Assembly: GCA_016839445.1 (NCBI GenBank)
Contig: JAEOUG010000130.1
Span: 1-48,166 of the forward strand
DNA length: 48,166 nt
Source: Candidatus Thorarchaeota archaeon
Lineage (GTDB): Archaea; Asgardarchaeota; Thorarchaeia; Thorarchaeales; Thorarchaeaceae
Direction: 5' to 3'
The notes under the pieces: model-generated
What the model saw: the letters and a program-made list of their open reading frames with translations, nothing else
What the model was told of the DNA's origin: nothing
Database searches by the model: none
In this document: positions 36,851 through 46,241 of the stretch, in pieces
How the letters are laid out: the number at the start of each line of letters is the position of its first letter
Numbering within the stretch: the stretch's first letter is position 1
Program-made: the position numbers and the translations under genes

Positions 36851-36928
36851 GGGCGCGTAGTCTAGTATGGATAAGGCACCAGCCTTCGGAGCTGGGGGTC
36901 CCAGGTTCGAATCCTGGCGCGCCCGCCA
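36851..36928 (+). tRNA. tRNA-Arg(TCG), intronless
   Basis: GGGCGCG/CGCGCCC+GCCA, CCAGC-CTTCGGA-GCTGG, GGTTCGAATCC. Confidence 0.95.
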
Positions 36929-36951
36929 TGCTCCATCCTCGTGTTCTCTCG

Positions 36952-37173
36952 TTACTTCTTCTTGCTCAGTTCTCTGGTCCAGACTGCGATGAAGTTCTCG
37001 AGGGATCTATCATACGTCTTCTCAGCGTCTGGAGGGAAGAGACACCCTGGCAGTTCTCGATGTCGCCAATGATAGTCAATACAGTCACAGCAATACCCGT
37101 GGCGCGAACATCCTGGGTATGTACAGGTACATCTCTTTCTGTTTCGATCGATGTTGCAGATTCTGCCAGTCAT
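36952..37173 (-). CDS. Small Cys-rich protein (DUF6485-like)
   Basis: C...N...CTCTYPGCSRHG.CCDCI.YH....ELPGC.F....EKTYDRS. Confidence 0.75.
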   Translation of the reverse strand: MTGRICNIDRNRKRCTCTYPGCSRHGYCCDCIDYHWRHRELPGCLFPPDAEKTYDRSLENFIAVWTRELSKKK

Positions 37174-37260
37174 TGTCTATCACCGCCACATTGGCTCAGT
37201 GTGATATAACCCGATTGGTCATGGAGCAATCTAAAAGCGGATTCTATCACTGGATTCAGC

Positions 37261-38040
37261 ATGAATCTTGAAGGGTGGATCAGAGGCAGTCTTGAAGGAG
37301 TGGATGGTACGCCACTGCCCGACGACCGTTTGCCCACCCTGGAGCGAATTCTCTCTCATGTTGACTCAGGTATGTCCATTCGCTCAGTGAAACGGATGAG
37401 GAGCAGAAAGAACGTCGTCTTAGATCTGGAAGTAGTTTCTTGTGAAGGAAAACCAGAGAGATATGTCGCGAAGCTATTCGTGACAGAGTCCTATGAAAAG
37501 GAGCTGAGGATCCTGAGGAGCTGCGCACAGGATGTGTTGAGGGTCCCAGAAGTTGTGGGGGCTGAACGAGGTGTATGCCTAATGGAGTACGTTGAGGGAG
37601 AGCTTCTCGTAGATTGCCTCAACAGAACCTTCGAGGAATCCCTCGCCAGAGAGATTTCGGGATGGTACTACAAGTTCCACAGGTCGCAGCATATACTCAA
37701 GGGGGATCCTCGGCTTCGTAACTTCATTAGCACACCTGCTGGGCTCTTTGGATTCGATTTCGAAGAGGCAGGACCAGGCAACTGGATGATGGACATCGCG
37801 GGCATTTCCGCCAGCATACTAGACACGGACCCGGTATTTGATCCAAGAAAGAGGGTACTAGTATGGTCTGTTCTTGACCACTATCTCAATCTTATCGGTC
37901 AGAGGAAGACCAGTGAGACTACCGCTCTCTATGTCCACACGATAGCAGACACTCTGGAACAGACAGCGAAGTGGCGTAACGATTCAGGAATCATGGAGCT
38001 CTCTGAGAGAATCAGGGACACCGGAATCCCATCTGATTAG
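37261..38040 (+). CDS. Protein-kinase-like (Bud32/RIO/APH-type) phosphotransferase
   Basis: VAK lysine, E helix, LMEYVEG, GDPRLRNF catalytic loop, FDFEE. Confidence 0.75.
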   Translation: MNLEGWIRGSLEGVDGTPLPDDRLPTLERILSHVDSGMSIRSVKRMRSRKNVVLDLEVVSCEGKPERYVAKLFVTESYEKELRILRSCAQDVLRVPEVVGAERGVCLMEYVEGELLVDCLNRTFEESLAREISGWYYKFHRSQHILKGDPRLRNFISTPAGLFGFDFEEAGPGNWMMDIAGISASILDTDPVFDPRKRVLVWSVLDHYLNLIGQRKTSETTALYVHTIADTLEQTAKWRNDSGIMELSERIRDTGIPSD

Positions 38041-38134
38041 AGATGTATAGGAGTGCAATCCCCAAGGTTCATATCAAGGCTTTCTGAGGTATCGAAGTAT
38101 ACAGTCGTGCATATCGACAGTTCGGTGAGCCACA

Positions 38135-39412
38135 TTGAAGCGAGAAGCGCAGGTCGTTCTGCTCGCAGCAGTCATCATTGGAGGTACTACATTGTCTGTC
38201 CTTCTTGCTGGTTACCTCCAATCGCCAAAGACCGAGGTCACTTTCTATGTCTTTGGCGACTCTCAGGGCTATCAGGGAGGCCTTGTGGAGATTGCAGCAA
38301 CCGCGAACCAGGAACGGCCCGACTTCGTGTTCCACTGCGGAGATCTCACACCATTTGGACAAGAGAATCAGTATCAAGCAGTCATCGAGGCTTTGTCTGC
38401 CTTCCAAGTCCCTGTCTACACCACGTCTGGTAATCATGACATACGAGAAGGCGGAGGTGCCCGTTACGTCCAGCATTTCGGGTCGCCGTCCTATTCCTTT
38501 GATATCTGGCAGGCTCACTTCACAGTCTTCAATACTTCAGCAGGAGATGTCACTGAAGATGAAATGGAGTGGCTGGAAGAGGACCTAGCACAGTCAAACG
38601 CCTCTCTCAAGTTCGTCTTCACGCACATTCCTCCCTTTGATCCTCGCTATGGATACAACCACACACTGACAAACGAAACAACTGCTGAGCGTCTGATGAT
38701 GCTCTTTGAAACCGAGGATGTAGACACCGTATTCGCGGGCCATATCCACATGTACAACGAGAGCTTCGTAAATGGAGTGCGTTACGTAGTATCAGGAGGT
38801 GCTGGCGCCAGTCTGTCTACAGACGCTGGAGATGGGGCAATCTATCACTACCTCGCAGTGAAGGCGAACGCGACCGGTGTTGTCATCACGCCCGTGCTGC
38901 TTAGCACTCCAAGCTGGGAGAGAGATACAGTTGTTGTCAGGGGCCTACTTGAAGATGTGACCCTCACTCTTGAGGACCTATTGGGGCTCGACGTAGAACA
39001 CGGAACATCTTCGTTCCAGAATCAGTTCTTGAACTGGGGTGGCAACGGTGTTTACCGCGGGGTCCGTGTTTCGGACTTGATTGAACTCGTCGGTGGCATG
39101 AGCACTGGTGACACAATCCGAGTGATATCGTTTGACGGCTACACACAGGAATTCTGCCAAGGCAATCTGTACCCGAATGCATCTTGGTTCGATCTACAGG
39201 GTGACATGATCCTTGCCTTTGAGTTCAATGGTACATCAGCTCCAGAATGGGCTGACGGGATGCGAATCGCCATGCTTCCTGCAGATGGTGCCTACAGTAA
39301 CGAAGATTGCCTGCTGACATCAGCGCCAGGCATGGGCTGTGACATCTACCCTTCAGCAGGTGCGCGTTGGGTCCGCTACGTATCAATAATCGAGGTCGTG
39401 ACTGCGGAATGA
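38135..39412 (+). CDS. Exported calcineurin-like metallophosphoesterase fused to a molybdopterin-oxidoreductase-like domain
   Basis: N-terminal signal/TM. GDS, GD, GNHD, HIPP, GHIH motifs. C-terminal TLEDL..L, YRGV.VSDLI, DGY, LAFEFNG, WVR.VS.IEV. Confidence 0.8.
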   Translation: MKREAQVVLLAAVIIGGTTLSVLLAGYLQSPKTEVTFYVFGDSQGYQGGLVEIAATANQERPDFVFHCGDLTPFGQENQYQAVIEALSAFQVPVYTTSGNHDIREGGGARYVQHFGSPSYSFDIWQAHFTVFNTSAGDVTEDEMEWLEEDLAQSNASLKFVFTHIPPFDPRYGYNHTLTNETTAERLMMLFETEDVDTVFAGHIHMYNESFVNGVRYVVSGGAGASLSTDAGDGAIYHYLAVKANATGVVITPVLLSTPSWERDTVVVRGLLEDVTLTLEDLLGLDVEHGTSSFQNQFLNWGGNGVYRGVRVSDLIELVGGMSTGDTIRVISFDGYTQEFCQGNLYPNASWFDLQGDMILAFEFNGTSAPEWADGMRIAMLPADGAYSNEDCLLTSAPGMGCDIYPSAGARWVRYVSIIEVVTAE

Positions 39413-40467
39413 ATGGAGCCGTGACAACCAAGGACATCGTTACGATTGCGATTCTCAGTTCACTCGGCGGCGCACTTAGTACATTCGTAGGATACCTAGG
39501 CAATCTGGTCAATCTTGCCTTGGGAGTCCCCTTCGGCGCAGGGCAGTTCATGGCTGGGCTCCATGTGTTCTGGCTTGTACTAATCCGCGCTCTTGTAGCG
39601 AGAAGTGGGACAGGTACCTTGGCCGGGCTCCTAAAGGGCATGGTTGAGATGTTCACAGGAAGCACCCACGGAGTAGTTGTGGTCTTGGTTTCAGTTGCAC
39701 AGGGCATCGTGATTGACATTGGCGCTCGCAGTGCAGGAGACGGGAGAAACCCTGGTTCCCGTCTGCTATGGTGGATTGCTGCTGGAGCATCCTCTGCTGT
39801 GAACGTGGTCGTCTTCCAAGCGCTCTACTTCACGGGTGCACTGCTCTGGTACGTTGCCTACATCGGCTTCTTGGTCATTCTTGCTTTCTGTTCCGGAGTG
39901 ATCTTTGCAGGCTACTTCGCATGGGAAACACTTGAGTTCCTTGAAGACACGGGCATTCTATCCAAGAGAAGCGATGTCACTGATGAAGGCCAGAGAACTG
40001 GAAGAAGTCTCACATATCGCCATCTTCCAGCTATCCTCTTTGTGGCCTTTCTCGTAGTCGGATCTGGATACTATATTACCAATGTGGCATCTCCCTTCAG
40101 TGACCCCCTCTCCTGCAGGGTCGCTGGGTTGGTGGAAACGCCATACACATTCAAGCTTGATGATTTCTCTGATGAAATGGTCACAATCGAAGCAGAGATG
40201 ATTGGGTCCACAATACACTTGGATCCCGCTAACTACACAGGTCCCCTTGTTTCCACGATTCTCAATCATGCAGGACTGCTCTCAGGAGCATCGGGGCTAA
40301 GAGTCAGAGCCAGAGATGGGTATACAATCCGGTTTGACAATCTGTCCATAATCATGGCTGACAATCGTATGTTGATAACCAGCGCCAGCGATGGTCTCTG
40401 GCTGATTGCTGGTGACTACGACGGATCCCTCTGGGTGAAACAAATATCGGTTCTTGAAGTCTACTAG
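39409..40467 (+). CDS. ECF transporter S component fused to an extracellular molybdopterin-oxidoreductase-like domain
   Basis: About 7 TM segments with GAGQFMAGLHVFW, then V.GLVE.P, YTGP.V..IL, ARDGY, WVKQI..LEV. ATGA overlap with the upstream gene. Confidence 0.75.
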   Translation: MNGAVTTKDIVTIAILSSLGGALSTFVGYLGNLVNLALGVPFGAGQFMAGLHVFWLVLIRALVARSGTGTLAGLLKGMVEMFTGSTHGVVVVLVSVAQGIVIDIGARSAGDGRNPGSRLLWWIAAGASSAVNVVVFQALYFTGALLWYVAYIGFLVILAFCSGVIFAGYFAWETLEFLEDTGILSKRSDVTDEGQRTGRSLTYRHLPAILFVAFLVVGSGYYITNVASPFSDPLSCRVAGLVETPYTFKLDDFSDEMVTIEAEMIGSTIHLDPANYTGPLVSTILNHAGLLSGASGLRVRARDGYTIRFDNLSIIMADNRMLITSASDGLWLIAGDYDGSLWVKQISVLEVY

Positions 40468-40476
40468 GCGAGTAAC

Positions 40477-41931
40477 ATGCTTGAAGGCAGACGAATCTCC
40501 TTCTCATATGATGGGCGCACACAAGTCCTCGATTCAGTGGACTTCACACTCCAGAGAGGCGAGGTGGTACTCCTCTCTGGCCCTACGGGATCTGGCAAGT
40601 CCACTCTAGCAAAGTGCATTTCTGGATTCATCCCTCGAAGCATACCTGGGGTCTTCGAGGGTGAGATTCTACTGGATTCAGTAGACACTCAAGCTCTATC
40701 TCTTTCTGAACTCTCTCGCAAGGTTGCATTGGTCCAGCAAGACCCTGATAGCCAGATTTGCACGCTTAGGGTCTCTGATGAAGTGGCATTTGGCCCAGAG
40801 AACTTTCTGACCCCTCCAAAACAGATTCAGGAAATCCTTGAATCATCTCTTGCCTCTGTCGGTGCATCGAATCTCGTCGACAGACCTACCTACTCCATAT
40901 CCGGAGGAGAGAAGCAGCGAGTGGCGCTTGCGTCCGTCCTGTCCTGTCAACCAGATTTCATGATTCTGGATGAACCTACTGCTAATCTCGACCCAAGCGG
41001 GATCCTGTTATTGCGACGAATCCTCCTAGATCTCAAGGAGAAGGGAATTGGTGTCATCTGCATAGAGCACAATCTAGAGGCAATCAGGCCTGTTGCCGAC
41101 AAGATTCTGTGGCTGGATAAGGGTCACATGCAACCGGACTATCGTTCAAGGCTGGCTCAAGAGCCAGAGAGGCTGGCGTCATCTGAATATTCTTCGTCAA
41201 GTGGCAAGACACTGCTTAGCGCATCACAGGTCTCGTTTTCATACAGCACTCACACTGCTATTGAGAATATCACTCTCTCAATCAAATCAGGAGAGATAGT
41301 GGCCCTTATGGGTGACAATGGTTCCGGGAAGACCACTCTTCTCCTTCTGCTTGCGGGATTGCTCAAACCACAGAAGGGTATTCTTCAGATTGGAGATGCA
41401 TCTACACAGAGCCTATCAATTGGCGACACCGCAAGAAGCATTTCGGTTGTGTTTCAGAATCCCAATCATCAAATCTTCGAGCGGACAGTAGTCAGGGAGC
41501 AGAATCTTACGCTCGAAAGTCTAGGGTTGGACGACACTCAGCGCTTGAGAATCTCGGCATCACTGCTGGCGAAGGCAGGTCTAGAGGGTCTTGAAGAGAA
41601 GAACCCGTTCTCTCTGAGCCATGGACAGAAGCGGCGCCTGAATGTCAGTTCGGTTCTAGCACATCAGCCGAATGTCTTACTCCTAGACGAACCATTCGTG
41701 GGTCAGGACTCCGAGGGAAGAGATTTCATAATCGCCGAGATTTCGGAGCGTGCGGGTGCCGGGGCCGCCGTAGTCATAGTGACCCACGACTCGTCTTTTG
41801 CCTTGACTTGCTGCACTCGTCTAGTCTTCATGGAAGAAGCAGCAATCCTACTTGACGGGAGCCCTGATGCAGTTCTCAGCCATCTAGAGAAGATGGGAAA
41901 GTCACAGTACTCTCTGGAGGTGACGGAGTGA
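40477..41931 (+). CDS. ECF transporter double ATPase (A-A')
   Basis: GPTGSGKS/ISGGEKQR/DEPT and GDNGSGKT/LSHGQKRR/DEPF. Confidence 0.92.
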   Translation: MLEGRRISFSYDGRTQVLDSVDFTLQRGEVVLLSGPTGSGKSTLAKCISGFIPRSIPGVFEGEILLDSVDTQALSLSELSRKVALVQQDPDSQICTLRVSDEVAFGPENFLTPPKQIQEILESSLASVGASNLVDRPTYSISGGEKQRVALASVLSCQPDFMILDEPTANLDPSGILLLRRILLDLKEKGIGVICIEHNLEAIRPVADKILWLDKGHMQPDYRSRLAQEPERLASSEYSSSSGKTLLSASQVSFSYSTHTAIENITLSIKSGEIVALMGDNGSGKTTLLLLLAGLLKPQKGILQIGDASTQSLSIGDTARSISVVFQNPNHQIFERTVVREQNLTLESLGLDDTQRLRISASLLAKAGLEGLEEKNPFSLSHGQKRRLNVSSVLAHQPNVLLLDEPFVGQDSEGRDFIIAEISERAGAGAAVVIVTHDSSFALTCCTRLVFMEEAAILLDGSPDAVLSHLEKMGKSQYSLEVTE

Positions 41932-42746
41932 AGGACCGGCTTGGATACGTGCGACGGGACACCTGGGTACACAGGCTGAATCCTGCTCTCAAGTTGGTGA
42001 TACTCATAATGCTCTTGACGAGCATACTCATCTACACGAGCTGGAGATTCAGCGCCTTTCTTCTGCTTGCAGTGTTAGTCGGATTCAGAATCGCTAATGT
42101 TTCACTCAAACTCACCCGGCGTCGCTCCAAGTTCGTACTTGTCTTCTCCCTGCTACTTCTGCTATTCCAAATCGTCATTACAGTCAACGGAGCTGTTCTG
42201 GGGTACCTAGTTCCCTCCATAAATGGGTTCGGACCTTATCTCCCTGTCACTGATTACGGTCTTGAACGTGGGCTCACAATCGCCATACGATTCCTTCTCA
42301 TAGTTCTATCAAGCATGCTCTTCGTGTCGGTTACAGATCCGACCTTGCTCTCTCACTCTCTAACTCGACTCCGGATTCCATACAGGTATGCCTTTGCCCT
42401 AGTTATCGCACTCAGGTTTCTACCGCTCTTCGACTCTGAGAACGAAACCGTAAGGCTTGCCCAGAAATCACGAGGAATCAGTCCAAGCATTCGGGGGTTC
42501 CGGAAGATTCTGAGAACAACTCAATACACTTTCTTTCCACTGCTGGTTTCAGCTCTCTCAAGGGTAGAATCACTGTCGATGTCCATGGACGGAAGAGGCT
42601 TTGGCTACGATTCCGAGAGAACCTATCTCAGAAGATCCGAGTGGAATTCGGTCGATTCGCTGTTTCTTGCGATAGTCCTCATTCTATTCGTAACAGCAGT
42701 CCTGCTATCACTTGGATTTCTGCCAGAATTGGCGAGATTCTTCTAG
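41928..42746 (+). CDS. ecfT: ECF transporter transmembrane T component
   Basis: LNP..KL, ALRFLP, AQKSRG and MDGRGF Arg motifs. Confidence 0.9.
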   Translation: MKDRLGYVRRDTWVHRLNPALKLVILIMLLTSILIYTSWRFSAFLLLAVLVGFRIANVSLKLTRRRSKFVLVFSLLLLLFQIVITVNGAVLGYLVPSINGFGPYLPVTDYGLERGLTIAIRFLLIVLSSMLFVSVTDPTLLSHSLTRLRIPYRYAFALVIALRFLPLFDSENETVRLAQKSRGISPSIRGFRKILRTTQYTFFPLLVSALSRVESLSMSMDGRGFGYDSERTYLRRSEWNSVDSLFLAIVLILFVTAVLLSLGFLPELARFF

Positions 42747-42760
42747 ATTCCTCGTGGTTT

Positions 42761-43063
42761 TCAGACAAAAGAGAGCAGATCCGGCGGCAGCCTCACATCA
42801 CACTCGTGGATTCTAGGAACAAACTCAGGACTTCTGATTCTCCTAGTATAGAACTTTGAGCCTACACCGCCACAGATCCCGGTTTCTTCGTCGTAGTACC
42901 TGCACTCACAACAAGAAAGCTCGGCATCGACGCGATTTGGGACGGGAATTTCAACGAAGTTGGCGGCTATGCGATCCCATTCCTTCCTAGTGGCAATTGC
43001 TCTCATGTAGTCTGGTCTGTTTCTTCTGCTATAAACCACCCAGAGAGAATCGTTTCGGGTCAA
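42761..43063 (-). CDS. Small hypothetical protein with Cys cluster (possible Zn binding)
   Basis: CCECRYY...IC...C pattern. Start uncertain (TTG 43063 chosen to avoid overlap). Confidence 0.55.
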   Translation of the reverse strand: MTRNDSLWVVYSRRNRPDYMRAIATRKEWDRIAANFVEIPVPNRVDAELSCCECRYYDEETGICGGVGSKFYTRRIRSPEFVPRIHECDVRLPPDLLSFV

Positions 43064-43104
43064 AACGCGTAAAACCGCAGGTACTTCGTTTGCGCAAATG
43101 GTGA

Positions 43105-44082
43105 CTACTTCAGTCGCTTCTCCATGAAGAAGCCAGGCAGTGCATACCCCAGAAACCTCAGGCTCTCCGAATCCAAATCGTCCTCTGAGTGGAGTAGCAC
43201 ATACAGCGTCGAGAACTCCTCGCCCCTTGTCCAATCTTCAGCAATCCTGAACAGAAGGCGTCCCACCTCCAGCCTTCTATGAGTGTCGGCTATCACCAGA
43301 CCATATACCATTGCTACACTATCACTGAAGCCTGATGTGCCAACCCAGATTGAGCCCAGAAAGATATCCGCCTCATCAAATGCAGCAAATCTCTGGGACT
43401 TGACGGCAGTCTTCTCAGTTCTGTCCAGATGTTCCGCAAATCTTGCCAAGACCAGTGCGTCGTCAGCATCTACTGAGAAGAGAACCTTCTTCCTGAACCG
43501 ATTGAGTTCGAGGTCTCGAAGGAATGATGGCTGGTCATCCAATTCCCTTACAATCATACCATCCTCAGAGATCACTGAAGTGATCTCCTCCAGCTTCTTG
43601 GACATGGGGGTCACCTTTACTACATACCCCTCCCTCCTGTAGAGGGCAGTTGCTGAATCATTGTCTGAATGAACAAAGAGACCGATGTTGCTTGGCAGAT
43701 TGCGTGCATACTCCTCTCCCTTCCTCATCAGCGCTTTGCCTATGCCTCTCCCCTGAAATCTAGGTTCCACAACAATGTCGTAGATCCACTGAGGTCGTTC
43801 GCAGTCCCATGCATCCATGCTGTCCCGCGTTGCCATCCAAAGGTACCCACATCGTTCTCCATCAATGAATGCAATGTACACCTTCACATCAGGGTCGCTG
43901 AAATCCATGTACTCGGTGGTTTCTTTCACATGGACCTCAAAGGCCTCCTCTTCCGTTGCATCAGGATGGTCCTTCATGATTTGCTCGAAAATCGACTTCC
44001 TCAGGGTCTTGAGTGCCCAGAAACTGAGTCGAAGGAAGAAGTCCATGTCGTCTTGGTTGAGTTTCTCACGAATCTCCAGCAT
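43105..44082 (-). CDS. Tandem GNAT acetyltransferase
   Basis: V.PRFQGRGIGKALM, N..A..LY...GY, and a degenerate second GNAT domain. Confidence 0.85.
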   Translation of the reverse strand: MLEIREKLNQDDMDFFLRLSFWALKTLRKSIFEQIMKDHPDATEEEAFEVHVKETTEYMDFSDPDVKVYIAFIDGERCGYLWMATRDSMDAWDCERPQWIYDIVVEPRFQGRGIGKALMRKGEEYARNLPSNIGLFVHSDNDSATALYRREGYVVKVTPMSKKLEEITSVISEDGMIVRELDDQPSFLRDLELNRFRKKVLFSVDADDALVLARFAEHLDRTEKTAVKSQRFAAFDEADIFLGSIWVGTSGFSDSVAMVYGLVIADTHRRLEVGRLLFRIAEDWTRGEEFSTLYVLLHSEDDLDSESLRFLGYALPGFFMEKRLK

Positions 44083-44229
44083 CGCTGATCTACGGTCTCC
44101 AGCCGAGTCGTATGAGTTGGCAAGCGATGGGTTGACTCTATAAGCTCACTCATTCACGCTGCTGCCAATCAGACATGTTTGGCTGCTGAGTAATCCTTTT
44201 ATTGCTACTGCGAAGAGAATCGAACCGAA

Positions 44230-44306
44230 CGGGACGTAGCTCAATCTGGCAGAGCAATGGACTGTAGATCCATCGGTTGCCGGTTCAAATCCGGCCGTCC
44301 CGACCA
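44230..44306 (+). tRNA. tRNA-Tyr(GTA), intronless
   Basis: C1-G72 acceptor CGGGACG/CGTCCCG+ACCA, and ATGGA-CTGTAGA-TCCAT. Confidence 0.95.
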
Positions 44307-44329
44307 ATGTCTTCTACTCTAGTTATTGC

Positions 44330-45313
44330 TCACACCATGTCATCCGGAAGATGGATGATGAAGCTGCACTCCGTGTCCCCGCGCAGAACCGACTTGTCCA
44401 CTGTAACCTCGAGGGGACAATCCAAGGCCGCCTCCCATGGCTGCTTGGTGAATCCACCACTGCAGTGGCAGAACCTGTCGCTCACCTCTTCACCAGTCAG
44501 AATCGATTCGCGTGCCCACGCACAATGGCAAGCATAGTATCTCTTCATCTTCTCATCGGACGCCGCCAGAAACTCAATGGCCATGTACGGGATCTTCGTG
44601 TGATAGATGGTGTTTCCTCTTCGTTCTCCACTAAGAACATCTGGTCTACTCCTGACATACTCCACCACTTCGTCTGTGACCCTGGCGTTATAGAAGAGGG
44701 CCCCAGAGTCTCTGTAGTTCTCCAGCTCCGCGATTGCTGACTCTCGCTTTCTCTTCAGATACTCGTCAATGCTGCCTGCCTCTAGGTATTTCTGCCTCTC
44801 GCCCTTCCTGAAGTCCTTGGGTAGACCATGTGCAACCGCATTCAGCACTCTCATACAGGTTTCATCATCGAGGCTGTCTTTCATCTTCTCCATGACTTCC
44901 TTGGTCACGTCAATCTTCTCCACGGAAGGGAGACCGAGGGGAGGCAGGCTCGACTCAGGGAGAATCCTATCTCGAATAACATCGCCAACCATCTCCCCCA
45001 GTCGCTCGTGTAATACATTCATTACCTCGGCTCCATCAACCAGCTCTAGAATCGCCAAATAGAGGTCGAGGTTCTTCACGAAGTAGCCGTATCTAGAAAG
45101 AGCAACTAGGTTCTCGTACGTGTTGGCAGTCTCCTCAATCAGCTCCTTTGAGAAGGCATTCAGTTCCTTTGAGCCTGCGGTTTCAAGACTCCTCCCACGC
45201 TTCTTGGCAAACTCCTCGAAGCGTCGCACCATTGGGATTGCTTTCTGAATCTCCTCTTCGGGTATTGGATGTTCACGATCCGTGAGGTACTTGCGATAGC
45301 CTTCTTCATCCAT
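44330..45313 (-). CDS. Hypothetical protein with C-terminal V4R/HNOX-like Cys metal-binding domain
   Basis: CHC...FCHCSGG...WE...V....SVLRGD..C.F.I pattern. Confidence 0.65.
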   Translation of the reverse strand: MDEEGYRKYLTDREHPIPEEEIQKAIPMVRRFEEFAKKRGRSLETAGSKELNAFSKELIEETANTYENLVALSRYGYFVKNLDLYLAILELVDGAEVMNVLHERLGEMVGDVIRDRILPESSLPPLGLPSVEKIDVTKEVMEKMKDSLDDETCMRVLNAVAHGLPKDFRKGERQKYLEAGSIDEYLKRKRESAIAELENYRDSGALFYNARVTDEVVEYVRSRPDVLSGERRGNTIYHTKIPYMAIEFLAASDEKMKRYYACHCAWARESILTGEEVSDRFCHCSGGFTKQPWEAALDCPLEVTVDKSVLRGDTECSFIIHLPDDMV

Positions 45314-45564
45314 TTGTATCACTCTTCTGCAGATGGTTGCCTCTCTGCTTTTGTATGAGCTGTGCAGCGCAAGTAAAAGGGACTCCACTCGGATTCTATG
45401 AGAGTCCGTTCTAAGCAGTACCCGAGAGCCCTATTTGTACTCCTTCATCCCAAGTGCCAGCTTGATTCTACTCTGGCTAGGTTTCGACAAGATGGGACTG
45501 ATACTCCGGAGCTTCCTGATTCAATGGCCGCACGAGGCGTTGAGGGGACTATGATTCGATTGAC

Positions 45565-45732
45565 ATGAACAAAGACCATCTTGAATTTCCCGATGAGATT
45601 TGGGCTCCTAGGTCCGGATCTTCTGTTCCTGACCTACCCACCGAACCCTGGAGGTTCGATACAGTACCAGATCTACCCACCGAACCCTGGAGGTTCGATA
45701 CAGTACCAGATCTACCCACCGAACCTTGGTAG
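45565..45732 (+). CDS. Unannotated 55-aa peptide with three VPDLPTEPW repeats
   Basis: MNKDHLEFPDEIWAPRSGSSVPDLPTEPWRFDTVPDLPTEPWRFDTVPDLPTEPW-stop. Differences between copies are synonymous, and the stop falls exactly after the last W. Confidence 0.65.
   Translation: MNKDHLEFPDEIWAPRSGSSVPDLPTEPWRFDTVPDLPTEPWRFDTVPDLPTEPW
45634..45729 (+). repeat. 39-bp tandem repeat, ~2.5 copies
   Basis: CTACCCACCGAACCCTGGAGGTTCGATACAGTACCAGAT twice, then a partial third copy. Confidence 0.95.
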
Positions 45733-45774
45733 GTAGTACTCGGACAACCAAATCCGCATACATCCGAGAGAATG

Positions 45775-45808
45775 GGACCTCCACGGAATTCTGTTCTGGT
45801 GGAGGTCC
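45775..45808. terminator. Strong stem-loop downstream of the peptide ORF (terminator or RNA-stability element)
   Basis: GGACCTCCAC / GTGGAGGTCC perfect 10-bp stem, extendable by GGAA/TTCT. No clear U-tract. Confidence 0.4.
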
Positions 45809-45910
45809 TCCCACTACCAGTTGGCGCCAATTCTTAGCTCAGACTAGTAATACCACAGAATTACAGGTGCTTTAGTAGTCTGCTCCGTACGAGTATGTGG
45901 GTCAAACACG

Positions 45911-46198
45911 ATGAAACGAATCGAGGCCACGATCAGGAGCGGACTAGAGAACAAAGGAATCAGATGTCAATCTGTCTACCAGATGCCCGACCCAGATGAT
46001 GTCCGCGTGCTTCTGTCATTCAACTCCAAGGACATATCGAAGGTGTCCCCTACGAGGATTGAAAGAGCGCTCAACTCTCTAGGTGTCGGTGACTTCTCCG
46101 TTCCTAGGGAATTCCAACGTCTGAGTGCTGCGTTTCTCCACCTAGAGGTCACACTGGGGGCTCGAACTGAGAAGAGCATCACGGAAACAGCCAAGTGA
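45911..46198 (+). CDS. Hypothetical protein
   Basis: 95-aa ATG ORF with alpha/beta pattern. Confidence 0.6.
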   Translation: MKRIEATIRSGLENKGIRCQSVYQMPDPDDVRVLLSFNSKDISKVSPTRIERALNSLGVGDFSVPREFQRLSAAFLHLEVTLGARTEKSITETAK

Positions 46199-46241
46199 AG
46201 GCGTCCATCGTGCTTATGTGGGTCGCATCCACAGATTGATC

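Noticed and set aside
23188-44306. Integrated element at one of the tRNAs
   Set aside because: I saw no integrase and no duplicated tRNA 3' end (att site).
45634-45729. 39-bp repeat with internal hairpin (CGAACC/GGTTCG) as a mini CRISPR array
   Set aside because: The units are directly tandem with no unique spacers, and the variation pattern fits a coding repeat.
45551-45808. Selenoprotein read-through of TGA in the ATG-45551 frame with the 45775 hairpin as SECIS
   Set aside because: Repeat differences are non-synonymous in that frame, and the hairpin lacks the archaeal SECIS GAA/A internal loop with a short GC upper stem.
45549-45830. Minus-strand ORF with QGSVGRSGT repeats
   Set aside because: It is the in-register antisense shadow of the + strand peptide ORF. 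Less favoured because the + ORF ends exactly at the repeat boundary and has a fourth diverged copy, but it is not fully excluded.
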